Shown here: positions 53,714 through 64,000 of the stretch, piece after piece
How the letters are laid out: each line of letters begins with the position of its first letter
Position numbering within the stretch: the first letter of the stretch is position 1
From: Ascidiella aspersa
Lineage: Eukaryota
Assembly: GCA_963924565.1 (NCBI GenBank)
Contig: OZ004613.1
Span: 20,956,001 to 21,020,000 of the forward strand
Direction of reading: 5' to 3'
Length of the DNA stretch: 64,000 nucleotides
Notes under the pieces: model-generated
Database searches by the model: none
What the model saw: the letters and a program-made list of their open reading frames with translations, nothing else
Told to the model about the DNA's origin: nothing
Program-made: the position numbers and the translations under genes

Positions 53714-56700
53714 TTACTTCTTGGCTAACAGCTGCTTCATGTCAGCGATGGCTTCCAGTAGCTTCTCGCCAAACATCTTCGAGCTGGTGCTTTCGCAGCT
53801 ACGGTAGCTGGTGATGTGAATTGTGCCTGCAAAAAACACATTCTATATATTTTATGCATGTATTCCAACTGGATCTTCGATTGCGTTATTCCAAAGCTCA
53901 TTTGGCAGAAGGCCATAACGAAATATCTGCTAACAAGGGTTGACGAATGAATAAAGAGATATTCGAAACGTTAAAAATGCTACCTACTTCTATATGGGCT
54001 TGAGTTCAACGCGATGATAGTAAAAAAACAGGAATATATAACGTTTCTTCACCGTCGATTAAACATACTGTAAGATGGGGTGATCCAACCATAGGTAGTT
54101 TATCCATGCACCGAGCCACATTGTTTTTAATTATATATTAGCGTACACAATGCAGAGGAGATGATACCACGTATATACCCATAAACTAAAAAATAAACTT
54201 TGAAACCTTAAAAAGTTTGATAAGTAAACAAATATAAGAACCGCAATAATATTGTGGGTCTAAAAATGTTCACAATCGTGGATAACCCTGTGGTAGAAAA
54301 TGTTAAAACGTTATGAATTTGAGTTCCTTAGCTGACCACTTTCTCATATTAAATTAGTAAATACAATTGGACTGCATTTTCCTTTAAAAGAAGCAGTACG
54401 CTTGTGCACCATGACTGTTGTTCACCCGGCCCAAATAAAACGTCCAGATAGATGAAAACGTCCAGACAAGGATGGGCATTTCAGAGAACTGTGACCAGGT
54501 AATGCCCACAATCAGCATTCACCAAGACGCAAGCAAGAGTTTTTACTTACAAAAGTTTTCACCAAGGAACAGGTAGAACACCCCGTAGCCGTCTTCACAC
54601 TGCGGGGAGAAGGCGCCACCTGCTGGATAGCAGGTCATCTTTTCGGAGAGCTTCCGATCGAAAGTGAATGGTGCTTGCGAGGTTGAAAGCTGGTCCAAGT
54701 CGGTGAAGATCTGGAAAAGGATTTCTTACTAGTATATTTCCAGCGTACGACAAAGCTTGCAACCCTTTTTTCGCGGTGGCCCAAAAACGAACGCGTAAGT
54801 ACTATACAACAGCGAAGTTTGGCGACCCAATTATCTTCACTGAACTTTATGTAAGCGAACAAAACCCTAAGAAACTAATCAGTGCGAATTTAATTATTAT
54901 CAGCAAAGTCTTGATCGTATTGCCTCCAAAATATTTTCACGTTTGGAGATTATTTTTTGGAATCAATCTCAATATATCTAACAATGTGAACTATTGCTAT
55001 TGGCGACACAAAATAACGGCGACCAAACATTTTTTTAAGAAACAGAAGGCATTTACGCATCTAAAAGAATCATTTGTGACCTCAGAGTAAAAAATTAAAA
55101 AGTATTTTGTGATTACACAGTGGAGTATGGACAATAAGCAATAATGCAAAAATTATATTTTTGGAATACTGTAAAACCTACAGTATGACCATCTAAAAAA
55201 GTCAGTAATTGTCCACTTGACCTTATTCTAGAATTCTAGATAATAGTGAATAGGAGAACATTGATCGTCTCCAACTAATCTGACAGGTCAAAGTATGAGA
55301 CAAATTTAGAAACCCTCCAACTTAGACATACCTTCCTTTCGAACAGTTTGGGCTTTATTCCGAGGAACTTTGAGGCGACTTGTAGACCGAACATGTGACG
55401 GTCGGCTCCTAGACCATTCATGGCGTCCAATTTGTAATTGTGGTGGTATGCCATCGCGTCCTTTAGGTGTTTCATACATTCAGAACGCGGCACGCTGGGG
55501 TCGTCCATCGCCTAAACAGTAATTAAAAGTAAATATTAACGTCAGTAGAAAGAGAGTGGCCCAAATAATAGATAAAAGATTCATTCTTTTATTAGCAAAC
55601 GTTTCGGCAATTTCTTTTGCCATCATCAGTGCAGTAAGTGAGACTAAGATAAAAACGAGTCACTATATATACGCTCGGACGTTTTAGAACGTTATATAAA
55701 CGGAAAAAGAAAGTCGCAAAGTAATGGAGATGAGAACTGCAACGAAAAATTACATCCGTAAGGCGAAAGTAGGGCAAAGATAAGACAATGAGGTCAATGG
55801 GAAGCAACAGATACACGTAAGAGGGAATTAGTAATAAATTAAAAATAAAATATGAACACGACGATGGAATTGCGCGAATATACCATTTAAGTATTAAACA
55901 AATACAGGGGGACTGAGACCGTGTCAACATTGAGAGCGGGATTGTGCTGCTGTATAAGCAGCGACTCCAACATTTTTCGTTGCAGTTCTTATCTCCGTTA
56001 CTTTGCGACTTTCTTTTTCTGTTTATATAACGTTCTAAAACGTCCGAGCGTATATATAGTGACTCGTTTTTATCTTAGTCTCACTTACTGCACTGATGAT
56101 GGCAAAAGAAATTGCCGAAACGTTTGCTAATAAAAGAATGAATCTTTTATCTATTATTTGGGCCACTCTCTTTCTACTGAAGATAATCAACAGATCCGTG
56201 TTTAGTGTTCCTAAATATTAACGTTTTTGGATGCTTATACAACGTATATTTTTTTTTTTAATTCAACGTATTTTTTCTATACATTGCTCACTAAATTTGG
56301 CAATATAGATCAATTTTATTTTTCCAAAGAATGCCATCACAGGTAAATATGTTCGATAACAATATTTATGATTTGTCCTCCATCACAGGTAAATGGAAGT
56401 AATTAACTTTAACAACATCTACTGTACTTTTGAGATTACGACCTAAATGACTTCTCCAATTCTTATTTCTGAGAAGAAGGAATTGTTTTGGATCAAAGAT
56501 TATACACATCCATTTGGGCAAATCAAGGCTTTTAAATACACTGCTTTTAAAGACAGGAATAGATGACCGAATAAATAAAGATGGAAAAAGGGTGTAGTGT
56601 ACATTGGTTAGTACTTTACTAAGATGGCGCTAATGCAATCAGTAAATCTTGTCAAATTTATCAAACAAAGCTTTTTTACCACTGGCGTGCGTGCGTGCGT

Positions 56701-59700
56701 GCGTGGTACCAATAAATCACAAAGTCAATAAAAAAGCGATTGCGTATAGCGTTTTAATCAAATGTATATCATGAACGTTATCGTCGGGATTTTGATTCGC
56801 ACGGTCGACCATTCGCATGTACTGGCGCCAATGCGTGACATTGATTTTCAATTTAGTTTTCTTCAATATAAATCGGTCAAGCGACAGGTGTTAAAAAGTA
56901 ATAAAATGCTTCTAATTGCGTCAAACCAGGTCATCTTTAGTTAAATATACTCAAAAAATTCGCTTCAGTAGGATATATTTAAAAAATAAATATACTTTAA
57001 CCAGACACCTAAGCAATGCCCTCGTTGTTCAAAGCCAAACAAAACACCAATATAATGATTTATTTAGGATTGCCAATATTTTTTCTTTTGCGAAACATTG
57101 AGAGGTTTTTTACAGTGTTAGTGTATCACATATGGCAATAATATTATAACTATGTTTAGTTAACAGCTGATTATTTAAGGCAAAAGCATACCGTGTTTGG
57201 TCCTCGGAATATTTTCTGAGATGCTGGTAATTTAGGACCAAACTGATCTAGTTAATCAGACAAAAAAATATTTACAAACCTTTGTGAAGACAAGTGAGTG
57301 GACAGATGCAGTACGAATCGTCTCGGTTCGGCCGTATTTGAAAAATCTGCAAAAAAATTAGGCGACATATAAAACCAAAAAATCCAGGTTTTGTCGATAT
57401 AAAATTTGACAATAAATTATAATCAGTTAGACTAATTAAAAAACGATGTGAGTTAACTAGCCATTCAATTCCATGTAAATGATTATTCATAAAGAGTGTG
57501 CTACTGCGGGACTCATTTCCCATAGTCGCAGGTAGAAAATCAGATTTTAAAAATAATAATAGAAATATAAACTGGACTTGATGGCACCAAAGAGTAAACA
57601 GGCCGATTAGTATCCGCAAAATTTCAAAAAAATAAATAAAAGCAAACATCGCAAAGATGTTGTATAATGCAGTGCTTTTCAACCGGGTGTATTATACACC
57701 CCACAGGGTATACCAAAATTGTTAAAGGGTGTTCTACATTGATGGGGTGTACTAGGGTGTAAAAGATACCACATTACAATCGGACTATGATTAGGAATTA
57801 TGATATATAAACAGGTTTATTACCAGACTGACTGGAGAACCGGTTCTCAACCAGTGGGCCATGGTGGCCCATGAAAACTTTTAGGTTGGCCAAAGACGAA
57901 TTTAAAAAGCTAGATTTATTGATGAATTTATTTTCATTTATATCACTATCCTAATTTTACAGGAATAATGGTTTGGGAAGGAATCGAGAAGGAATGTAAA
58001 CTTATTGTTCAGAAGCAAGTACCTACCTCATTACTGTACGGTTGAATAAATAATCTGTTTCGATATATGTTCTGTTATTTTTTGTTCTAAACCTTTTTTA
58101 TAGTTTGTTCTTTCCTAAACAAATATTGGGTCGCAGAATTTTTGTGCAAAGAAAACGGACCACGAAAGAAAAAAGTTGAGAACCACTGGACTGGAGTGTA
58201 CAATATACATGGCACAACATTATTTAAGCGATACGTAGTTTGTGATACTATATTCTATTTGTGACATCATAACTAAATATTTCTCTTGCAATTGTTACTA
58301 TGAGGTACTTACTAGTTCTTCATAACAGTTAATAGTTTTTTTTACAGCACAACAGGGTTCAGTGCATTGCGTGGACTGGGGTGTACAAGTTCTTCAGTAA
58401 AGGTAAAAGTGTGTACTGTCCCCAAAATGGTTGACAAGCACTGGTTTGATGTACGTTAACAACTAACATATAGCAGCGATCAGTAAAACGTCGCAATAAA
58501 AGCTTCAGTTATGACTCTGGTCGTGTGATATCAGTTTTGCAACGACCAGAATACGCAACAAACTATTTGCAAACAGCGACGTCCGCATTACGGCATTATA
58601 CGCTTGCCGCAAAACGTTGAACAGCTCAGCTGAACATTAAAGGGAAACGTTTTGCATAATCAAAACACGGTCTCATCTTCCCTACTTAGTAAAAACAGAG
58701 GAAAAGACCACGTAAGACAACGTAAAACGGGAGGGCCTACTTTTTTTTTAAATGTATCTATGCTGATAACGGAAAACGTGCACACTTCGTAGCAGTTTTA
58801 CGACCATAAAAAAATTACATTAATGTTTGCTACCTATACATGTTTAACTTGCTTCACTATTTCCATACCTTATGAGTTAAGACTCAACAAAAGGGCTATA
58901 GAAAGGAGACGTCAAACCTGTACCGAGCAGTATGTCATCGAATAGTCGAACTGCTGGTCGTACCTGGTCATTGCCGTTTCGTATGTCTTGGGAGTTTTCT
59001 TGTACAGACGGTAGAAAGTAAGCTGGAGAGCCATTTGCATGAAACTGTCCGGGCTAACCCGAAGCTTCTTGACGGAGCTCTTGCCCTGGCCCAACTTCAG
59101 CACGCAAACATCGAGGTTCGCTGCCTGCAAAACGTTGTACAGGACGGTCAACGATCGATAGGTTGAACTTGTAGAGGGAAATTCTTGCCGTCGTTTGGCT
59201 AAGCACGTTTGAAAAATTGCAAAGCCAAAAAGGTTAAGTAGATCGACAGCATTGTAATTAAGATATATCGATAAGAACTTGTATCATCGTGAGTTAATGT
59301 GACTGACAAGCAAATCAAAGCATCACTTTTAAAAGGTGGGACGCAATTGTTATCATCTGAGTTTTTATAGTTGGAGAAAAACTCCGATGATAACAATTTT
59401 GGCTTTGCAATTTATCATCAAGCTACATTACAGATCCGTGCATAGTATACCCAAGTTTAAACAAGTTAGCCAAATTACTGCATCCAGAAGGGGCAACTAT
59501 AGCTATAAGTATAGTGTCAAAAATGTGGACCCGCGTTCGACTTCTTACCAATGACGACATTAGTTTAGGACAAGCCGCTTTAGGTTATGTCAAGTTGAAA
59601 AGTATAATTATGTTTACGTAATTTTATTATCTTCAAGAGTTTTTTTTATGAAAAAAATTAAATGACTAAAATTGGTTTGCTCGACATTTTCTGAATATAA

Positions 59701-62700
59701 TTCGAAAACAAGACAGCATAAAATATTTTGTAATTGCTTTTTTAACGGCACTTTCTTACAAATTAATTGAAAGACTAACTAAAATATTTTCAATACGTGA
59801 AGTAATCCAAAGACTTCGTAAATTTTTTTTTAAAGGTCGTGTTTGTCTAATGCTATAACGGGTAATCAGGTGGAACTATATAGGTAAAGACAAATTGTAT
59901 TGCATTTTCGACAAGCTTTCGCTAAAAGAAAGCTTTTTTTCGCTTTCCCTAAACAACCTCGCTAAAGTTTTGTGGCAACCATGTATCTTGGCTTCGAATT
60001 TAGATTTCGCGTCTAAAAAAATAAACAATTTTAAGTGATAAGTTTTGACATAATAGCGTGTCGTGCTAAACGTAGGTTAGGTCACAAGTTGTTCGTTGAC
60101 ACTAGTGCACACGTTTAAATTGTATTTGGTCTACAAACAAAGTCCGCCAGACTTTACTGGGATCTATTTAAAAGGTGGATAACAATGCGCTTTGGCTGTA
60201 ACCAAGGTTTGTGCTTTACTTACAATCTGCTGAAAAGCCAGTTCGCATTTCGGGATAATATTGTTAAACGACGACAGGTCCCATTCTATCCGGGTCGGCA
60301 CAGGAATCTCTGGGTGCTCCGTACTGCCTTTGGCCACCGGGTAGCCGTTATCGTCATAGGCTGAGTTGCACGTGATGTACTCCAAAGCACGACCGAATAA
60401 CTGTAAAGGTTTGGGTTTGTCCAAGTAATATATCTCTGTCGGGTTTATCGAAACTTTATTGATTTGATTATATATTGATTACTACTTAATGAGCGACTGA
60501 AACTGAACGACTGAACCTAAAAAATATTATAAAAAATGTTAAAAAACCTTTTTAATTTGTTGTTTAGGTTAAAATTTTACCTTAAGTTATTTTATATTCG
60601 CACCAGACGAACATTTCTGTTTATAACTGTGTTTTAGCTTCAGGAGCATGTCTCGCAGTTTGTCGCCGGTTAAAAGAATTAACCGGTTTACTAAAGAAAA
60701 TAAATAAGAATTAGGTGCATGCTTTTCTAATGAAATGACCAATAAACGATTGAACTATACTCAGAGTTGTGCCACGTGTAAGTACAACCACCAGCACTAG
60801 CAATTTGCATCTATTGTTACGTAAATAAAACAAAGTGGCCGTAACAATGACCGAGTTTGAACAATTTTGCGATACTAGCATGTTTTGGTTTGCACCAGAA
60901 CCAATGTGTGATTCATTTAATGCGAAAATCATCAAGTCATGCTTGAGCGGAATAAAAACACTGCATCGCAGCCGGGCGATTATCTAATTCATACAAAAAA
61001 AACAAAAAAACAAAAAAACAATATTTCTGCAAAGCATAGCTACAAATCTGCTTTAAATAAATTGATGTAAACTGTTCGTAGAATCACTCTGTGGATGACA
61101 GAAGAGTATGACAGTTAAATACCTACAATCATTTTATGACCCATCAGTATTTGCAATGCCAATTCAGGCTCTGACGTTATTCATTCGATAGACGCTTTCT
61201 TTTTAGTGGCTTGCTGTTTTATAAGCACGGCAGGTAAAACTAAATCATGTAATGTGCACAACATACGAAGGGAGCACAAGTTATGTAAGCCACACACAAC
61301 AACTCAATGTGTAAAATGAATGGCAAAATAAAACTTTCAACAGAACCTAAAATATCAACCCTGCATTGAGGCATTATTTACGTTTTTTCTAAAACTTATA
61401 AACAAATGAATGATACTAGAACCGTTCTTATCGCTATGCAAGTGTTAAACCAACTTTACTTTGCAGCGAAACAAATGTCATAAACCAGTATTGAAGAAAA
61501 TCTACAGCAATGTTCGGTGCCCTTAATGTTTATAACAAAATAGATCTTGCAGGACGCTTTGCTTTATTGTGTCGTGCATTGGCATATTCGAATCCACATG
61601 AGATTGATAACAGACTTTTTAGCCGGGGTCGCACCAGTGATGCAGTGCACGGACGAAGAATCAGTTTTACAAGGCTCGCACGGAGAAAGTTCGTCGTACA
61701 AGGCTTCAATCTGCCGGCACTTCCGGTCGAATTAACTGTATCAATAACACGCTTTACGTACCGTGCCGTCCGCTGTTGAGTGTTCCGCGTTGCCGCCGGA
61801 GACCCCATTCTCGTAGATTATGCAAGTGAGCGACTTGTCTAACCACCTGCTATGGCCGTTTCCGAACAGATTGGCGTGGCATTCTTCGGTCAAATTCTGA
61901 CGAAAGGGTGACGGGTTAATTTGAAGGTTGGGCTATCGAAGAAAATGATCCGCGTTCTATTTGAATTTGGAGTAACTAAATACCAACAAGACACTAATTT
62001 CCGAATATTGTTAAATCATGTCCAAGTAATTCAGCGGAAACTACTGAACACCCAATAGACAACAAACACAATAGATTTTTTCATTTTTTATGGGTAAGGC
62101 TATTATTAAAGGAGGGGTGAAAAACAATTTTGGGTGTTAATTTTAGAAAGCATGCAAAAATGTGTAAAAAAGATTCTACGTTATTATATATAGTAAGGCA
62201 AGCTATTCCCCGTATTGGCATTGTGTTCCGTTTAGGAGGGAGGAAATGAAATTTCGGTCTGGTCTGGTATGACAGTGCAGGACGTGATGTAAATATATTT
62301 ACCACCCATTAACAAATATTACGGAAATCTACTGATATGGGAAAACTGTAAAACAACTAGAGGTACAGTTGTACATTCAATACAAGAAATAATATATATA
62401 TATATATATATATCCGTTTTAAAAACAAAGTACATAAAAGGCTTCACCACAGTAGTCTTAGTAATGTAAGCGTAACTAAACACTTGGAAAGTCATGTCGG
62501 AAAAAGTTACGTCCACAACATGGCGGGATACACCAAAATGATTTGGTTGAAAATATACAACTGTCGAACGAAAGATCTTAAGAATTGATTGGCCTACTTT
62601 GGGGCTGCAGTCTTCCAGCACGAGATGAAACAGGGCACTTTCAACCTCTTCTAAGTAAACGCTGTTTCGTGGGTGGGCCATCAACTTTTTCCTTTCCTAA

Positions 62701-63504
62701 AAGGGCAGCTGGAGTATTTGACAAGACAAACAATATACACAGTCATATAAATGCGTTTCATCAATTTTGTTTTAATTTAAATATTACAACGATTTATATA
62801 AAAAGACAACCAATCACAAGAAACTCAACTAAAGTTGAATCAAGAGAAATTAGGATTATTTCTCCAAGACTCCTATAAGTTATATTCAGTCACAAATTTT
62901 TTTTGCCGATTCATTTTATTCACCTGCGCCCAAACAGTTCTATTTTGTGTTGTAAAGACTGACGGATTCCATTGGGTAGTTTTCACGTCCTCAGTTTCTT
63001 TGAGTATTGCTTCCAGAACTTTCTGGATTTCCATGGGAGAAAGCACTGTGTGTTCGCCGAACTGGTCAGTAGTGTGAACCTCCATTCGAAACATGATGCC
63101 TTTTCTGAATAAAAATAAAAAAGCATACTACATAATAAAGGTTAGTAAAATTGTGTGACACAGACACAATCACAATTTTAGTACATAATACGAACATTTA
63201 TAACCAAAGGTCTTGAATTAGTTTAAACATACAATGTGTAAAATACAAGTTGTACCAATATGGAACTGTTTTTTCGGCTGAAATGTTAGTGTTGTAGAAG
63301 ACAGCTCAATTTATTAGACTTTTATTTGTGGTTAAATTAAAAAAAAAATTAATTGAAAATTTACCTGAAAACAATTATGTGATTGGAATTATCATAACGT
63401 TTCAATTCATCCATAGCATGTCCAGGTAATCGGTTGGCAGCATACAAGTAGCGGTAACGATCGCAACATATTGGTACCACGTCTTGGACAAGCAGAGGTG
63501 GCAA
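53714..63504 (-). CDS. CPT1: Carnitine O-palmitoyltransferase 1-like (choline/carnitine acyltransferase family), 3' part; the 5' exons lie beyond the window
   Basis: Minus-strand exons 63504-63365, 63104-62924, 62696-62598, 61896-61762, 60400-60224, 59124-58964, 57346-57280, 55511-55332, 54710-54551, 53826-53714 (stop TAA), phase-consistent. Motifs: RWLDKS...NAEHSTADG (catalytic His), SPDSFMQMALQL, YETAMTRFFKYGRTETIR, GADRHMFGL, LSTSQ, DGYGVFY. PTRIEWDL and HITSYRSCESTSSKMFGEKLLEAIADM resemble CPT1. Family assignment is firm; the CPT1 subfamily call is less so. Confidence 0.85.
55592..55637 (-). ncRNA. Minimal type I hammerhead ribozyme, inverted twin of 56085-56130
   Basis: Exact reverse complement of the 56085-56130 motif. 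It lies in the sense orientation of the CPT1-like pre-mRNA. Confidence 0.8.
56085..56130 (+). ncRNA. Minimal type I hammerhead ribozyme (Penelope pLTR type)
   Basis: tta-ct-GCA CTGATGA T GGCAA-aagaaa-TTGCC GAAA CG TT TGC-taa. Core CUGAUGA and GAAA, 5-bp stem II, palindromic loop-less stem III (ACGU), GUU cleavage triplet, stem I GCA/UGC extendable by UUA/UAA. Confidence 0.8.
57670..58443. mobile_element. hAT-type MITE carrying a nested MITE
   Basis: TIRs cagtgcttttcaacc / ggttgacaagcactg; TSD gtataatg / gtttgatg; internal gggtgta repeats. Confidence 0.75.
57838..58188. mobile_element. hAT-type MITE nested in 57670-58443
   Basis: TIRs (aacc)ggttctcaac / gttgagaaccactg; perfect TSD gactggag at 57830-57837 and 58189-58196. 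Confidence 0.8.
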
Positions 63505-64000
63505 CTAAAATGAAATACGGTTATGAAATCACTTGACTTTCAATAATACTGTTTTTAAGTTTTATAGGTAAAGCTAAATTAACAGTAGGTTAAAAACCCG
63601 ACATTATCTGCTTAAACAATGATATTCAAAGAGAAACATAAATATGTAAAATAAAAAACATAAATATGTAAATATTTGACATGACATCAAATAGATTAAA
63701 AGGTTATGTCAACAACAGGGTGTTCAGTATAGCACGTAGCCTACACAAATTGTTTTGCTCCCAAACCTTTTTGATCCCCCTTTTAGGACATAGGCGTAGC
63801 CAGGGGGGGGGGGGTCTAAGGGGCCATGCCCCCCAAAAAAATTATAAATATTTTACTCTTTATAATTTGTTTTCTAGCATTTATGAGCAGTACCACAACA
63901 TTTGATCACAGGCATGCCACACCTTCCATTGTCTGGCACTGTTACGTGAAAAACGATGTAGTTAATATAACATTGACTATACATTAATGTACTTTTACCA

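Larger units (their letters stand above)
55543..56211. mobile_element. Truncated Penelope-like retroelement with inverted pseudo-LTRs, in a CPT1-like intron
   Basis: Inverted arms 55542-55750 and 55972-56180 (209 bp, 3 mismatches seen), with a 31-bp extra tail on the right arm. 13-bp TSD taaatattaacgt at 55530-55542 and 56212-56224. The spacer on the minus strand (55973-55887) reads MLESLLIQQHNPALNVDTVSVPLYLFNT*, matching the E-x-x-x-I-x4-P-x-L-N C-terminus of Penelope GIY-YIG endonucleases. Each arm has a hammerhead motif followed by AATAAA. Confidence 0.9.

Noticed and set aside
55592-56130. Two ORFs sharing an identical C-terminus (55592-55930 minus, 55921-56130 plus) as duplicated genes
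   Set aside because: They are an artefact of the inverted repeat of the Penelope-like element.
53714-63504. Choline acetyltransferase / cholinergic locus with nested VAChT
   Set aside because: Motifs fit CPT1/COT better than ChAT and no MFS transporter ORF is visible in these introns. The first intron is outside the window.

Overview
AT-rich eukaryotic genomic DNA with short GT-AG introns. It is most likely a tunicate (ascidian); this is an inference from a vertebrate-type 5-EC classical cadherin in a compact, MITE-littered invertebrate-style genome. I assembled four spliced genes by hand, all phase-consistent: (1) a Tailless/TLX (NR2E1)-type nuclear receptor (+, 2649-9587, 11 exons, ~565 aa) with a near-canonical DNA-binding domain and a very diverged ligand-binding domain; (2) a secreted mosaic protein, signal peptide / Ly6-uPAR-like Cys domain / 3 sushi / 2 TSP1 / sushi / vWA / sushi (+, 10317-23426, 17 exons, ~784 aa); (3) a type II-like classical cadherin (-, 37572-25415, 16 exons, ~837 aa); (4) the 3' ten exons of a CPT1-like carnitine acyltransferase (-, 63504-53714). 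Mobile DNA includes a full-length but decayed SPIN/Buster-type hAT transposon (50147-52521, perfect 8-bp TSD) and many hAT-type MITEs, one nested in another. There is also a young Penelope-like retroelement insertion (55543-56211) with a 209-bp inverted repeat, a 13-bp TSD, a GIY-YIG C-terminal remnant and two minimal hammerhead ribozymes. A second family of minimal hammerhead motifs sits at the TLX locus: an intact core upstream (1132-1170) and a degenerate one in intron 4 (4516-4567). The most notable observations are the retained TLX gene and the hammerhead ribozyme/Penelope system.
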